Shown: positions 17,102 to 25,659 of the stretch, piece by piece
Position numbering within the stretch: the first letter of the stretch is position 1
How the letters are laid out: every line of letters starts with the position of its first letter
Origin: an archaeon
GTDB lineage: Archaea; Iainarchaeota; Iainarchaeia; Iainarchaeales; CSSED10-239
DNA: 32,000 bases
Assembly: GCA_041657425.1 (NCBI GenBank)
Contig: JBBABY010000006.1
Span: forward strand, 4,142 to 36,141
Reading direction: 5' to 3'
Position numbers and translations under genes: made by a program
Notes under the pieces: generated by a model
What the model was told of the DNA's origin: nothing
What the model saw: only the letters and a program-made list of their open reading frames with translations
The model's database searches: none

Positions 17102-17759
17102 TTATTGAAATTAAAGAGATTAATTAAAGGAAAATCATTAACCGTAAGTTAACTAGGTTATAAAAGAATAAATGGGAGATTAACAAAACCAGGAACTGCA
17201 GCCTTCAATGAAAAAATAGAATTTACAAAAGAGGAAAAAAACAATAATTGACGCTTATAAAAAAAGGCAATCAGAAAATCCTACAGAAATAAATACTCAA
17301 AAAATAATTGATAGAAGAAATCAATTTAATAAAAAGTTAGATTTAATGAGCGCAGAAAGAGAATAAGATTTGAAAAAATCAGAAGCGAGCAGATTGTCTG
17401 CGTTGAAACAAAGGCAATTAAAAGAATGGGTAAGAAAACTAGATTCTTTGTTAGCAGTTTCCAAAAAAGGAACAGTTCATGAGATTAAAGAAAAGTTGTT
17501 TCAAGAGTTGTTTAAAAGAGAAATTACTTCTATAAAAGTAAGTGCCGTAGATAGTAATTTACAAGCAAGACAATACAATTATTTGCACGAATTATTCACT
17601 TCTTATTTTTATAATCTATTGCATAGTTCTTTTGGTCCTACAAATCTTCAAAATATGAATTCTAGAGAAGCGGTTGTTTTTATAGAGACAATTTCTAAAA
17701 AAGCAAAAAATAGAAAAGAAAAGATTTATAAGGAATTTAGAAAAGATTATTTGGTGTAA
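17102..17759 (+). pseudogene. decaying tandem paralogue of the 16522 gene
   Basis: The frame from 17102 reads LLKLKRLIKGKSLTVS*LGYKRINGRLTKPG..., which aligns with ALRKAITGKKATPTELGFKRDLQTSRLIDP of the 16522 protein. In-frame stops lie at TAA 17150, TGA 17249 and TAA 17364, and a frame change is needed near 17217-17250. The 3' part (track ORF 17370..17759, TTG start) stays open; its LKQRQLKEWVRKLD...KEKLFQELFKREI aligns with LKKRQLTNWISKLN...KESLFRELFDKEI. Confidence 0.45.
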
Positions 17760-17831
17760 TTTTCTTTAATTTTTTTGCTAAAATGTATTACAAAGTATTA
17801 CGTTTAAAAACATTTTGTTTCATATCTATTT

Positions 17832-18350
17832 ATGGCAAAGGTAAAAGTTAAACCAAAAGCAATAATAGATACTTCCTTTTGGATTCATTTAGTGAAATTA
17901 GATTTAGTTGAACAGTTTATACAATTATGGGATTTAATTGCAACAAAGAAAGTAGAAGAAGAATTGCAAGCTTTTACAAGAATAAAATTATATACTCCAT
18001 TAGATTTAGAAACCTATAATGACTTAAAATCACAAGGCGCAATACAAGTAAAAGATCCAAAAAGTGTTCCAGGAAATATAAATAGTCAAATTGCAAATAA
18101 TTCAGGGGAATTATTTAGTATAGCACTAGCAAAAGAATACAAAATAATTGTTTTCATTGACAACGGAATTCCTTATGATTTTTGTAAAAGAAATCAAATA
18201 CTCGCTGCAAACATTGTTGATTATCTAATGCGTCAATATGAACAAAAGAAATTTACAAAAGAACAAATTCTTCAAAAATTAATGATTTTAGAAAGCCTAA
18301 AATCAATGAAACTAAAATATATAGATAAAGCAAGAAAAGAATTAATGTGA
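17832..18350 (+). CDS. PIN-domain protein (DUF3368/COG2405-like), putative toxin
   Basis: 172 aa. N-terminal AIIDTSFWIHLVKLDLVEQF resembles the D.sPLi.L PIN start. NSGELFSIALAKEYKIIVFIDNGIPYDF resembles the GEaeaIaLA...liDd motif. Confidence 0.6.
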   Translation: MAKVKVKPKAIIDTSFWIHLVKLDLVEQFIQLWDLIATKKVEEELQAFTRIKLYTPLDLETYNDLKSQGAIQVKDPKSVPGNINSQIANNSGELFSIALAKEYKIIVFIDNGIPYDFCKRNQILAANIVDYLMRQYEQKKFTKEQILQKLMILESLKSMKLKYIDKARKELM

Positions 18351-18355
18351 TATTT

Positions 18356-18766
18356 ATGAAAAAAGTAAAATATGATTGTGATAGAAAGAATGTTAAGACC
18401 TTAAGGTTAACTGACTCAATGGCCACCACGGCATATAATATTGCAAAAGAAGAAAATCTAACAGAGTCTGAATTTTTAAGAAAATTGATTGAAAAAGGAT
18501 TAAAGGAATATAAACTGGGTATGGCTCTAAAAGCATACAAAAACAAAGAAGTCAATATTGCAGGCGGAGCAAACCTCGCAGGAATTACTTATAGAGAGTT
18601 TCTTGATGCCTTAGAAGAGTGCGGTATTCCAACAATAGAGGTAAGCCCTGAAACAATAAAATATGGTTTTGAATCCATGGAGAGATCTTTAGGTTTAAAA
18701 CCAAAAAAAAGAGATTATAATAAGTTATTTGAAGATACATTTATTAATAAGGGGAAGAAAAAATGA
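18356..18766 (+). CDS. putative antitoxin: ribbon-helix-helix fused to a UPF0175 (COG2886)-like domain
   Basis: KTLRLTDSMATTAYNIAKEENLTESEFLRKLIEKGLKE looks like CopG/RHH. ALKAYKNKEVNIAGGANLAGITYREFLDALEECGIP matches the UPF0175 pattern. The ATG at 18356 lies 6 nt after the PIN gene stop, and the stop overlaps the trxB start. Confidence 0.55.
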   Translation: MKKVKYDCDRKNVKTLRLTDSMATTAYNIAKEENLTESEFLRKLIEKGLKEYKLGMALKAYKNKEVNIAGGANLAGITYREFLDALEECGIPTIEVSPETIKYGFESMERSLGLKPKKRDYNKLFEDTFINKGKKK

Positions 18767-19674
18767 CTGATACTATTTATGATATTGCAATCATTGGTGG
18801 CGGGCCCGCAGGTTTAACTGCAGCGATCTATGCAGCAAGATATGGATTAAAAGTAATTGTGTTTTCTGATTCTTTTGGAGGGACAATTTCTTATGCTCAC
18901 AAGGTGTGTAATTATCCTGGCTTTAAAGAAATTTCAGGAATGGAATGGTCAGAGAAAACTCTTGATCAAGTTCAATCTCTTGGAGTAGAGGTTAATTTTG
19001 AAAAGGTTATGGATATTGATAAACAAGATAAAATATTTATTGTCAATTCAGATCAAAGAACAGTTAAAAGTAAAAAGATAATTTTAGCTATTGGAAGAAC
19101 AAGAAAAAAGTTAGGAGTAGAAAGAGAAGACGAGTTAGTTGGAAAAGGCGTAAGCTATTGTGCAACTTGTGATGGAGGCTTTTACAAAGGAAAAACTGTT
19201 GCAGTAGTTGGAGGCAGTGATGCAGCAGTTACTTCTGCTCTTCTTTTAGCAGATCTAGCAGATAAAGTTTATTTGATTTACAGAAAAGAAAAACTAAGAG
19301 CAGAGAAAGCTTGGGTAGATTTAGCAACAACTAATCCTAAAATAGAAATATTTTACACAACAGAAGTTATAGAACTTCTTGGTAAAGAAAAATTAGAAGC
19401 AATAAAAACAAATACAGAAAAAACAATTTCCATAGACGGTTTATTTATAGAAGTTGGTTCTGTCCCAAATACTGAGTTATTAAGTAAATTAAATCTAACT
19501 CTAGATAAAAACAACTACATAGTTGTAGACAATAAGCAAAAAACAAACCAAGAAGGAATATTTGCATCAGGTGATGCCACAAATTCAACGGAATTAAAGC
19601 AAGTAATAACTGCTGCAAGCCAGGGGGCAGTAGCAGCCTACACTGCATATGTTGAAATAAAGGAGCGCATTTAA
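18763..19674 (+). CDS. trxB: thioredoxin-disulfide reductase
   Basis: 303 aa. FAD motif IIGGGPAGLTAAIYAAR, redox-active CATCDG, NADPH motif VVGGSDAAV and C-terminal GIFASGDA. Confidence 0.92.
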   Translation: MTDTIYDIAIIGGGPAGLTAAIYAARYGLKVIVFSDSFGGTISYAHKVCNYPGFKEISGMEWSEKTLDQVQSLGVEVNFEKVMDIDKQDKIFIVNSDQRTVKSKKIILAIGRTRKKLGVEREDELVGKGVSYCATCDGGFYKGKTVAVVGGSDAAVTSALLLADLADKVYLIYRKEKLRAEKAWVDLATTNPKIEIFYTTEVIELLGKEKLEAIKTNTEKTISIDGLFIEVGSVPNTELLSKLNLTLDKNNYIVVDNKQKTNQEGIFASGDATNSTELKQVITAASQGAVAAYTAYVEIKERI

Positions 19675-19696
19675 AAACTAAATGAACACAGAATAA

Positions 19697-19891
19697 TTAA
19701 AGGATAATAAATATGTCGCCATCAAAACCCAGAAAACCAATTGCAAATCCCATAATCGGAAAGTTTGGGCAAGTTTTCGTTACAAGAACTGCAAACAAAA
19801 AACCAACACAAAAGCAATTAACTGCCATTAGCAAATTACTTACAGATAAACCAGTAATTAAGAAAAGCCCAGCAATAAGAAAATAATTCAT
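19697..19891 (-). CDS. possible small membrane protein (64 aa)
   Basis: Two hydrophobic segments. It is the only ORF in the trxB-19975 gap. No clear SD, so the call is weak. Confidence 0.3.
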   Translation of the reverse strand: MNYFLIAGLFLITGLSVSNLLMAVNCFCVGFLFAVLVTKTCPNFPIMGFAIGFLGFDGDIFIIL

Positions 19892-19974
19892 TTTTAAATC
19901 TTTCTTCTAAGAAATACCTTTAAATATAGTTTCTTTATTATATCTATATATTATTTCTAAAGAGGTATTAACAT

Positions 19975-20658
19975 ATGCCAGAAACTGATGCTAAATTATC
20001 TAAGTTATTTGATTCTTTAAATAAGAGTTTATATAAAACGAACAAGGTTGCAGAATTATACAAGCCGATGGCTGAAGTAATCTCTTCAATTGCTAATGAT
20101 GTTAAAGAATTGGAAGATTTAGGCGAGAAAGAACCATTATTTAATTCAATAATTGAAGAAGAAATCAAAAGAAGAGAATTGATAACGCTTTATAAGAAAA
20201 TGGTCACTTTAATGGAAAACTTAAAGGCAGAAGTTGATTCTTATGAAAAGGAAATTAAGATTGGAGATGCATTCTTAGAAAAATATAGATGCTATAGAAC
20301 TATTTCTTTTGAAAATCCAAAAAAATCAAGAGAGTTCTTAAAAAAGATAGTTGAATCCTTTAGTATTGAAGAATTTGTTCTAAAGTTCAATGTTATGGGA
20401 ACAGTTGACTTAAGTAACATTGCAGAACACGTTCAAGGAAGAAAAGCAGGAATAGACATTATTGTTCCAGCAACTAATATAGATTTAATATATGATGAAA
20501 TATTAAAGTCACAGACAATTAAGTTTAGATTATCTTCTGAAAGTCTAGTAATCTATTTTGAGAAAGACACAGTGCTTCACTTAGAAGGTGCCAGTAAGAA
20601 GATAAAAATCTGTGATGTAGAATCTAAGAACTTTGGCGGAAAGCTAATAGACGAGTAG
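19975..20658 (+). CDS. hypothetical protein (orphan, 227 aa; N-terminal coiled-coil-like half)
   Basis: Uninterrupted ORF with the composition typical of genes in this window. No recognisable motif. Confidence 0.75.
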   Translation: MPETDAKLSKLFDSLNKSLYKTNKVAELYKPMAEVISSIANDVKELEDLGEKEPLFNSIIEEEIKRRELITLYKKMVTLMENLKAEVDSYEKEIKIGDAFLEKYRCYRTISFENPKKSREFLKKIVESFSIEEFVLKFNVMGTVDLSNIAEHVQGRKAGIDIIVPATNIDLIYDEILKSQTIKFRLSSESLVIYFEKDTVLHLEGASKKIKICDVESKNFGGKLIDE

Positions 20659-20699
20659 TTTTCTTAATTTTTCTTATTTTATTTTTTTAATAAAAACCA

Positions 20700-20722
20700 A
20701 TTTATACTTATCGTTCAACAAT
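20700..20722 (+). promoter_or_regulatory. TATA-proximal motif atttatacttatcgttcaacaat, copy 2
   Basis: 20/23 identical to 15490..15512. It lies 69 nt upstream of the ATG at 20769. Confidence 0.4.
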
Positions 20723-20768
20723 TTAATTATATTTTAATATTATATACTTAAATGGAAAATGATATAAA

Positions 20769-22232
20769 ATGAAAAAATTATTAACAGAATTTTCTGGTAA
20801 AAAATTAACTAACCCAATATTCAAGGAAAAATCAAGTAGAGTAAATGAATTAAAGAGACAAGTAAAATCTTATACGCCTGAACAAATAAAAGATTTATTT
20901 AAACAAGCAAGAGAACAAGAAGATCCGGAGAAATTTCTATTATCAAAAGGAATTGATGTGAGAAAATTTGCAAACAAAAACAATAGATTTTCAACACAGA
21001 ATTATTCTCCAGAAGAATTAGTTAAAAGTAATGTTGATTTAAGTAAATTTGAAAATCAAAAAGCAATGGCGATTCTATTAGATGCAAAATCAAAAGGAGA
21101 GTCAATAAGAAATATTGTAAAAACAGCACATAATAGTAAAATTTCTATAGAAGAATTATCAAGAATATTTAGTACCTCAGAGATTCCAGATGCACTTATT
21201 GAAATGAGTAAGGTTTATGAGAAAAAAGATTTAATTAGATTAAATACTTATCCTGTATTCTCCGGAGAATTGCGCCCACATATTGTTAAAGCATTACAAA
21301 ATACAGGTGTTTCTAAATATACAATAACTAAAGAAATTATAAGTAGTATGCTGACTGCTGAAGAAGTAAAGCAATATGATAGAATATTAGCAGTAAGAAA
21401 AAAGATTTCTGATAAAAAGCTATACGGAGATAAAAAAAGTGAAGCAGAAAGAGTTGAACTTTTAAAACAAGAAGCAAAAATAGTAAGTAAATTAAAAGCG
21501 AAATTAAACAAAGGAAATAAAGAAAACTTAAGTCATGAATATATGATAAGGCCAACAATAGATCTTATGAAATTATTTGGAACAGATATAACTGAACAAT
21601 TGAAAGTTTATGAAATTGCAAATGGTAATTTGGATCCAAAAAATAATTATTTTGAAATACAAAAACTAATAGAAATAATTAGACCTAATTCTTCGAACAT
21701 TTCTGAAGTTTTTGACTATATAGATAAAAAGTATTCTACTGCGACAGCAATAAAAACAATTTTTATAGATATTAGTGAAAATCAAAAAAATAAAAATGAA
21801 TCTTATGCTTTAAGTGGCACATTTTGGCAATTAGCAGATAAAGTAGAAGTAGGAGAATTAGTAAAAATATTATATCGTGATTGTGGAGGTCATCAACATA
21901 CTGGTGATTTAGCAAAATTAGTATATGAGAAAACTCACGATTATTCAAAGACTGCAGAGATATTAGACAATAGTTTTGTTAATTCAAATCCAGAATCTAT
22001 TGTAAGAATACTAAATTCATTAACTAATGGTAGTGGACCAATTATTGCAAAATACCTTTTAGAAAAAACAGATGATGAAAAACAAATTATACAAATGATG
22101 GAGAAACTGAATATAGATTATGGTTCTAAAAAAGGGTATATTAAAGAATCCATTGCAGAAGCAAGAAAAGAATTAGTAGTAGAAGGGAAATTTAGAAAAC
22201 CGCTATTTGGGAAAGCTAGAAGAAAAGAATAG
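20769..22232 (+). CDS. hypothetical protein (orphan, 487 aa, apparently all-helical)
   Basis: Long uninterrupted ORF with no recognisable motif. Convergent with the ATPase gene, with a 17-nt gap. Confidence 0.8.
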   Translation: MKKLLTEFSGKKLTNPIFKEKSSRVNELKRQVKSYTPEQIKDLFKQAREQEDPEKFLLSKGIDVRKFANKNNRFSTQNYSPEELVKSNVDLSKFENQKAMAILLDAKSKGESIRNIVKTAHNSKISIEELSRIFSTSEIPDALIEMSKVYEKKDLIRLNTYPVFSGELRPHIVKALQNTGVSKYTITKEIISSMLTAEEVKQYDRILAVRKKISDKKLYGDKKSEAERVELLKQEAKIVSKLKAKLNKGNKENLSHEYMIRPTIDLMKLFGTDITEQLKVYEIANGNLDPKNNYFEIQKLIEIIRPNSSNISEVFDYIDKKYSTATAIKTIFIDISENQKNKNESYALSGTFWQLADKVEVGELVKILYRDCGGHQHTGDLAKLVYEKTHDYSKTAEILDNSFVNSNPESIVRILNSLTNGSGPIIAKYLLEKTDDEKQIIQMMEKLNIDYGSKKGYIKESIAEARKELVVEGKFRKPLFGKARRKE

Positions 22233-22249
22233 GTCTTTTCTTTTTCTCT

Positions 22250-24823
22250 TTAGTCAATAAAAACATTTGCAGTCTTTCCACCATCCCAAGTTAGTCTTGG
22301 TCTAATCTTTATTAGCATTACTTTTTCTGAGTTGTCATCTAAAAGAATAGCATAACCTTGATCCTTTGGCATCTGTCCATAGAATTTGTCCATAGGGATG
22401 TTAAGGTAGCTTGGTCTAATGGATGATACTGCTTGAATGTCTTCCTGAGCAGTCATTCTCATACTTAAGAAAAAATCACATTGTGAAATTGCTTCAGAGT
22501 GAAGCTTGTTTGGTCTCTGGGTTGCAAGTAAAAGAGACAATCCTGGTTGTCTACCAACTCTAATCCACTGTAAAAGAACATCAAGTGCAATTGATGGCCT
22601 GTCGCTAGGCATAAACATGTGTGCTTCATCAATCATCATCCAGATAATAGGCATCTCGCTTTCTTTTCTGCCTCCGGACAACAGAGACATTTCTTCTTCT
22701 TTTCTGTAAAGCATTCTTTCTTCGTATAGTCTTTTTCCTAATATTCCAACAATTAGTTCTTTAATGGATTCCATTCCAATTGATTCCTTGTAAGTACTTG
22801 TGTCAACTATTGTTATTGTTGCTGGTTTAGCAAACTCTTTCATAGTTGTTCCTGATCTTGAGAATAGTCCCCAAGACTTAGCAACCATTAATCTGTTATT
22901 AAGAGAATTAATTATTTCTTTTGTTGTGTCTTCGTCTTTTTTACATTCATTAACAATATCTTCAATATCATAACTGCTTCCAACTTTATTTTTAATTTTT
23001 TCAATTGTTCTTGAAAGAAGAGCAGATTCTGGATCTCTCCAAGTTAATTTAAAAACAGCAAGCCAGTCTTCAAGATCCATTTGTGAAGTTTTAATTGAGA
23101 AATAACCATCATGTGGAAGATTCTTCTGTTCATAAAAATCTCTCTTTCCAAAAGGCACAAGATTTCTAATTTCAATTCCTTCTGGTTTTAAGTCCCATTT
23201 TTCAAGCATTTCTTTTTGCTCTTCGTTAGGATACTTCATTGTCCAGAAGATTCCAACAGTATCAATAACAATGACTGATAATCTTTCTTTAATTTCAAAA
23301 GGCTGTTTTGCAAATTCTTCAATTAGAACGGACATAGCGTAACTATTGTGAACAATAACGTTGTTTGCTATAAAGTTATGGTTGTCAGGAACTGTAATAT
23401 CGTAAACTGTTTGCTTTTTAGTAATCTCTTTAATCTCTTTAATTTTGTCCCAAAAGATATCGCTTGTTGCGATTTTTTTAAGTCCTTCATTTTTTTCTGT
23501 AATTGCAATTTTTAGAAGTTTTTCTCTAGATGGAGAATAATTGATTGATGATCTTAAAGATTTAGGATTTTTATATCCAAATTCTTTACCAATAATTGCC
23601 CAGTTTTTTGGTCTATAGATATCCCAGATTTCTTTAGGTATTGTATCTACATTTGGATTACTTGATTTTATAGTTACTTTCTTTTGAAGTTCTTCTTTTT
23701 TTCCAAAAAATCCAATTTCTTTAATAAATTTTATATTCTGAGAAGAAAGAATCTTTAATTCATAGTTAGGTAATTTTTTAGTTTTCTTTGTTCTAATAAT
23801 TGAAAGTAATCCAAATCTTAAAAGTAAACTTTGTACTTGTTGTATTAGTTTAGGAGATGAAGAAGAATATGAAATATTATATTCTTTTTTGTTTGTATCA
23901 TAATAGATTGTCCCATCACAAGAAAATAATCTGTTTAAGAATATAGAAAGTTGTTCTTTAGGTAATTGAAAGATGCTTTCTGGGACAAACTTAGTTTCTG
24001 ATTTAACATTATATAGATTAATATTTTCCAAATATTTCCTTATAGATGATTTTTTATCAAAAATTATGCCTTTACTAAATTGTTGTCTTTCGTTTCTTTT
24101 ATTTGTAATTATTTTTCTAGTGTTATTATTATCAACAATTCTTAATCCAAAATCTCCATGTTTATTTATTGTAAGTTTATGATCAAATTTATGTATGGCG
24201 GTAGTAAACTCAGAAATTATTTTTCTATCTGTATTACAGAATAAAACAAATCGGTTTCCTAAATGCCCTTCAGCGATAAAATAAGCAAGTAATTTAATTT
24301 CACAATCAGGAATTTTTTTATTTCCAAATTTAGGAATAATTCTTGGTGTTGCAATTCTACTTCCTTTCTTTAATTCTTTTGCTTCTTTCCAACCGCCAAT
24401 TGTCAATAATGGGTGTTCTGGAGTTAATTCTATTTTTTTTCCACTTCTTAATGTTATTTCTAGTGTTTTATTAACTTGTCTTTTATAGAATTGTTCTTTT
24501 TTTGTAATTTCTATTTTTTGATTAGTATTTAATGAAAGCACTTGTTTATTTTCTTTCTCTAAATCTTTAATTGGTATTTCTCTACCGTCTTCTAATGTAA
24601 TTAATGTATCCCCTGTTAGGCATTTTCCTCCGCCTCTTTTTCCGCAAACAATTGCAACGTGTGATCTAGAGACGTCCATTAACACGCGTTTTCCAAGAAC
24701 GGGGTCATCTCCACTTGAAACAACGACTTTACCAATGTAACCTGTACCTTTCTTTCCATATTTCTTAATCTGACTCTGGATTCTTCCAACAATTATTTCT
24801 TCAGATTCAAAGTCAATTCCCAT
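22250..24823 (-). CDS. FtsK/HerA-superfamily P-loop ATPase (DUF87-like) interrupted by an intein
   Basis: 857-aa precursor. The exteins (67 + 364 aa) rebuild Walker A GKRGGGK|S. Also present are Walker B PIIWMMIDEAHMF and LLLATQRPNKL. Only about 55 aa precede the P-loop. Confidence 0.9.
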   Translation of the reverse strand: MGIDFESEEIIVGRIQSQIKKYGKKGTGYIGKVVVSSGDDPVLGKRVLMDVSRSHVAIVCGKRGGGKCLTGDTLITLEDGREIPIKDLEKENKQVLSLNTNQKIEITKKEQFYKRQVNKTLEITLRSGKKIELTPEHPLLTIGGWKEAKELKKGSRIATPRIIPKFGNKKIPDCEIKLLAYFIAEGHLGNRFVLFCNTDRKIISEFTTAIHKFDHKLTINKHGDFGLRIVDNNNTRKIITNKRNERQQFSKGIIFDKKSSIRKYLENINLYNVKSETKFVPESIFQLPKEQLSIFLNRLFSCDGTIYYDTNKKEYNISYSSSSPKLIQQVQSLLLRFGLLSIIRTKKTKKLPNYELKILSSQNIKFIKEIGFFGKKEELQKKVTIKSSNPNVDTIPKEIWDIYRPKNWAIIGKEFGYKNPKSLRSSINYSPSREKLLKIAITEKNEGLKKIATSDIFWDKIKEIKEITKKQTVYDITVPDNHNFIANNVIVHNSYAMSVLIEEFAKQPFEIKERLSVIVIDTVGIFWTMKYPNEEQKEMLEKWDLKPEGIEIRNLVPFGKRDFYEQKNLPHDGYFSIKTSQMDLEDWLAVFKLTWRDPESALLSRTIEKIKNKVGSSYDIEDIVNECKKDEDTTKEIINSLNNRLMVAKSWGLFSRSGTTMKEFAKPATITIVDTSTYKESIGMESIKELIVGILGKRLYEERMLYRKEEEMSLLSGGRKESEMPIIWMMIDEAHMFMPSDRPSIALDVLLQWIRVGRQPGLSLLLATQRPNKLHSEAISQCDFFLSMRMTAQEDIQAVSSIRPSYLNIPMDKFYGQMPKDQGYAILLDDNSEKVMLIKIRPRLTWDGGKTANVFID
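23345..24622 (-). mobile_element. 426-aa intein with LAGLIDADG homing-endonuclease domain
   Basis: Starts with Cys (CLTGDTLITLEDG, block A; tgc is the reverse complement of 24620-24622). Block B is LTPEHPLLT. Two LAGLIDADG motifs are present (LLAYFIAEGHLG, FLNRLFSCDGTIY). It ends VYDITVPDNHNFIANNVIVHN, followed by +1 Ser (codon 23342-23344). Confidence 0.9.
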
Positions 24824-24832
24824 AGTTTATCA

Positions 24833-25513
24833 TCATTTATTTTTATTAAATTCATTTATTAGTGTAACAAAAGATATAATTGTTTGATATAGTAAATATA
24901 ATGAGAATGAAATGATGGTTACATATATTAAAACAATTAAAATATAAGTAATTAATTGAAAGTTAATTAAAAATATAAAGAATATTTTAGAAAGATAAAT
25001 TTGTATTGCTGTTCCAATGGTTATTGAAATTAAAGCAAGGTATAAAAATAAGACATCTTGTTTGTTTAATAATTTGATTTTAAGTAATTGTTTATTTTCT
25101 TTAATTAAAAACTTATTTACAATAAATAAAATAATCTCCATAATTAGTTTTAATCCAACTGCCGAAAATAAGATATATGCCAAGAAGTAAAAGATTTCAG
25201 GAATCAATAAAACTGCAAGTTTGATTTGCCCTAAAAGCGGAGACAGGATATATATTGCGTGAGTAAAACCATTTTGAATTCCAATGATTAAAAATGAAAA
25301 TGGCAAAATTGCTAGTTTAAAAGAAGTATCTAAAGTCTCAGTAAATAAATTTCTAAAATTAATAGAGTTCGTTAAATAAAAAGAGTTAGTAATATTTGCT
25401 TCTTGATAATTATTTAAATTAAATCCTATAATTACAATTCCTATAATTAATCCTATAAAATAAGCTATTGCAAAACTTGCAGCAATGAATTTATAGATTG
25501 TATCAAATTCCAT
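24833..25513 (-). CDS. polytopic membrane protein, possibly SpoIIM/DUF95-like
   Basis: 226 aa with about 6 TM segments. GIQNGFTHAIYI and LLIPEIFYFLAYILFSAVGLKL resemble the NG..lG and lPHGifElpaiilagaaGl signatures of DUF95. Its stop lies 9 nt upstream of the ATPase start on the same strand. Confidence 0.6.
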   Translation of the reverse strand: MEFDTIYKFIAASFAIAYFIGLIIGIVIIGFNLNNYQEANITNSFYLTNSINFRNLFTETLDTSFKLAILPFSFLIIGIQNGFTHAIYILSPLLGQIKLAVLLIPEIFYFLAYILFSAVGLKLIMEIILFIVNKFLIKENKQLLKIKLLNKQDVLFLYLALISITIGTAIQIYLSKIFFIFLINFQLITYILIVLIYVTIISFSLYLLYQTIISFVTLINEFNKNK

Positions 25514-25569
25514 ACTATAAATATATTATAGATGAATTTAAAAAGATTAAAGAAACCCAAAAACACAAT

Positions 25570-25659
25570 AAAAATCAAAAATTTTTATGTGCCCAAGAAA
25601 ATTAGCAATTTTATTTGGGAACCTAAAGTTTTCTGGGCCCAGAAAAATTTTTGATTTTT
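25570..25659. repeat. about 30-nt imperfect inverted repeat (potential long hairpin)
   Basis: Arm 1 is aaaaatcaaaaatttttatgtgcccaagaaaa (25570-25601). Arm 2 is ttttctgggcccagaaaaatttttgattttt (25629-25659). There are 17 perfect pairs, then tg/gccca/gaaaa pairing with 2 mismatches and 1 bulge. The loop is about 27 nt. Confidence 0.55.

Noticed and set aside
17150-17366. In-frame TAA/TGA codons in the second copy of the basic protein, taken as evidence for stop-codon reassignment or programmed readthrough.
   Set aside because: TAA (rbr, tfb), TAG (dfx) and TGA (glyS) all terminate well-conserved genes at the expected lengths in this window. A frame change is also required, so decay of a duplicate is the simpler explanation.
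15447-25513. The idea that the orphan-rich region from tfb to the ATPase cassette is an integrated virus, plasmid or other mobile element.
   Set aside because: I could see no integrase, transposase or capsid-like gene, no flanking direct repeats and no tRNA-adjacent attachment site. The housekeeping gene trxB sits in the middle. The only clearly mobile entity is the intein.
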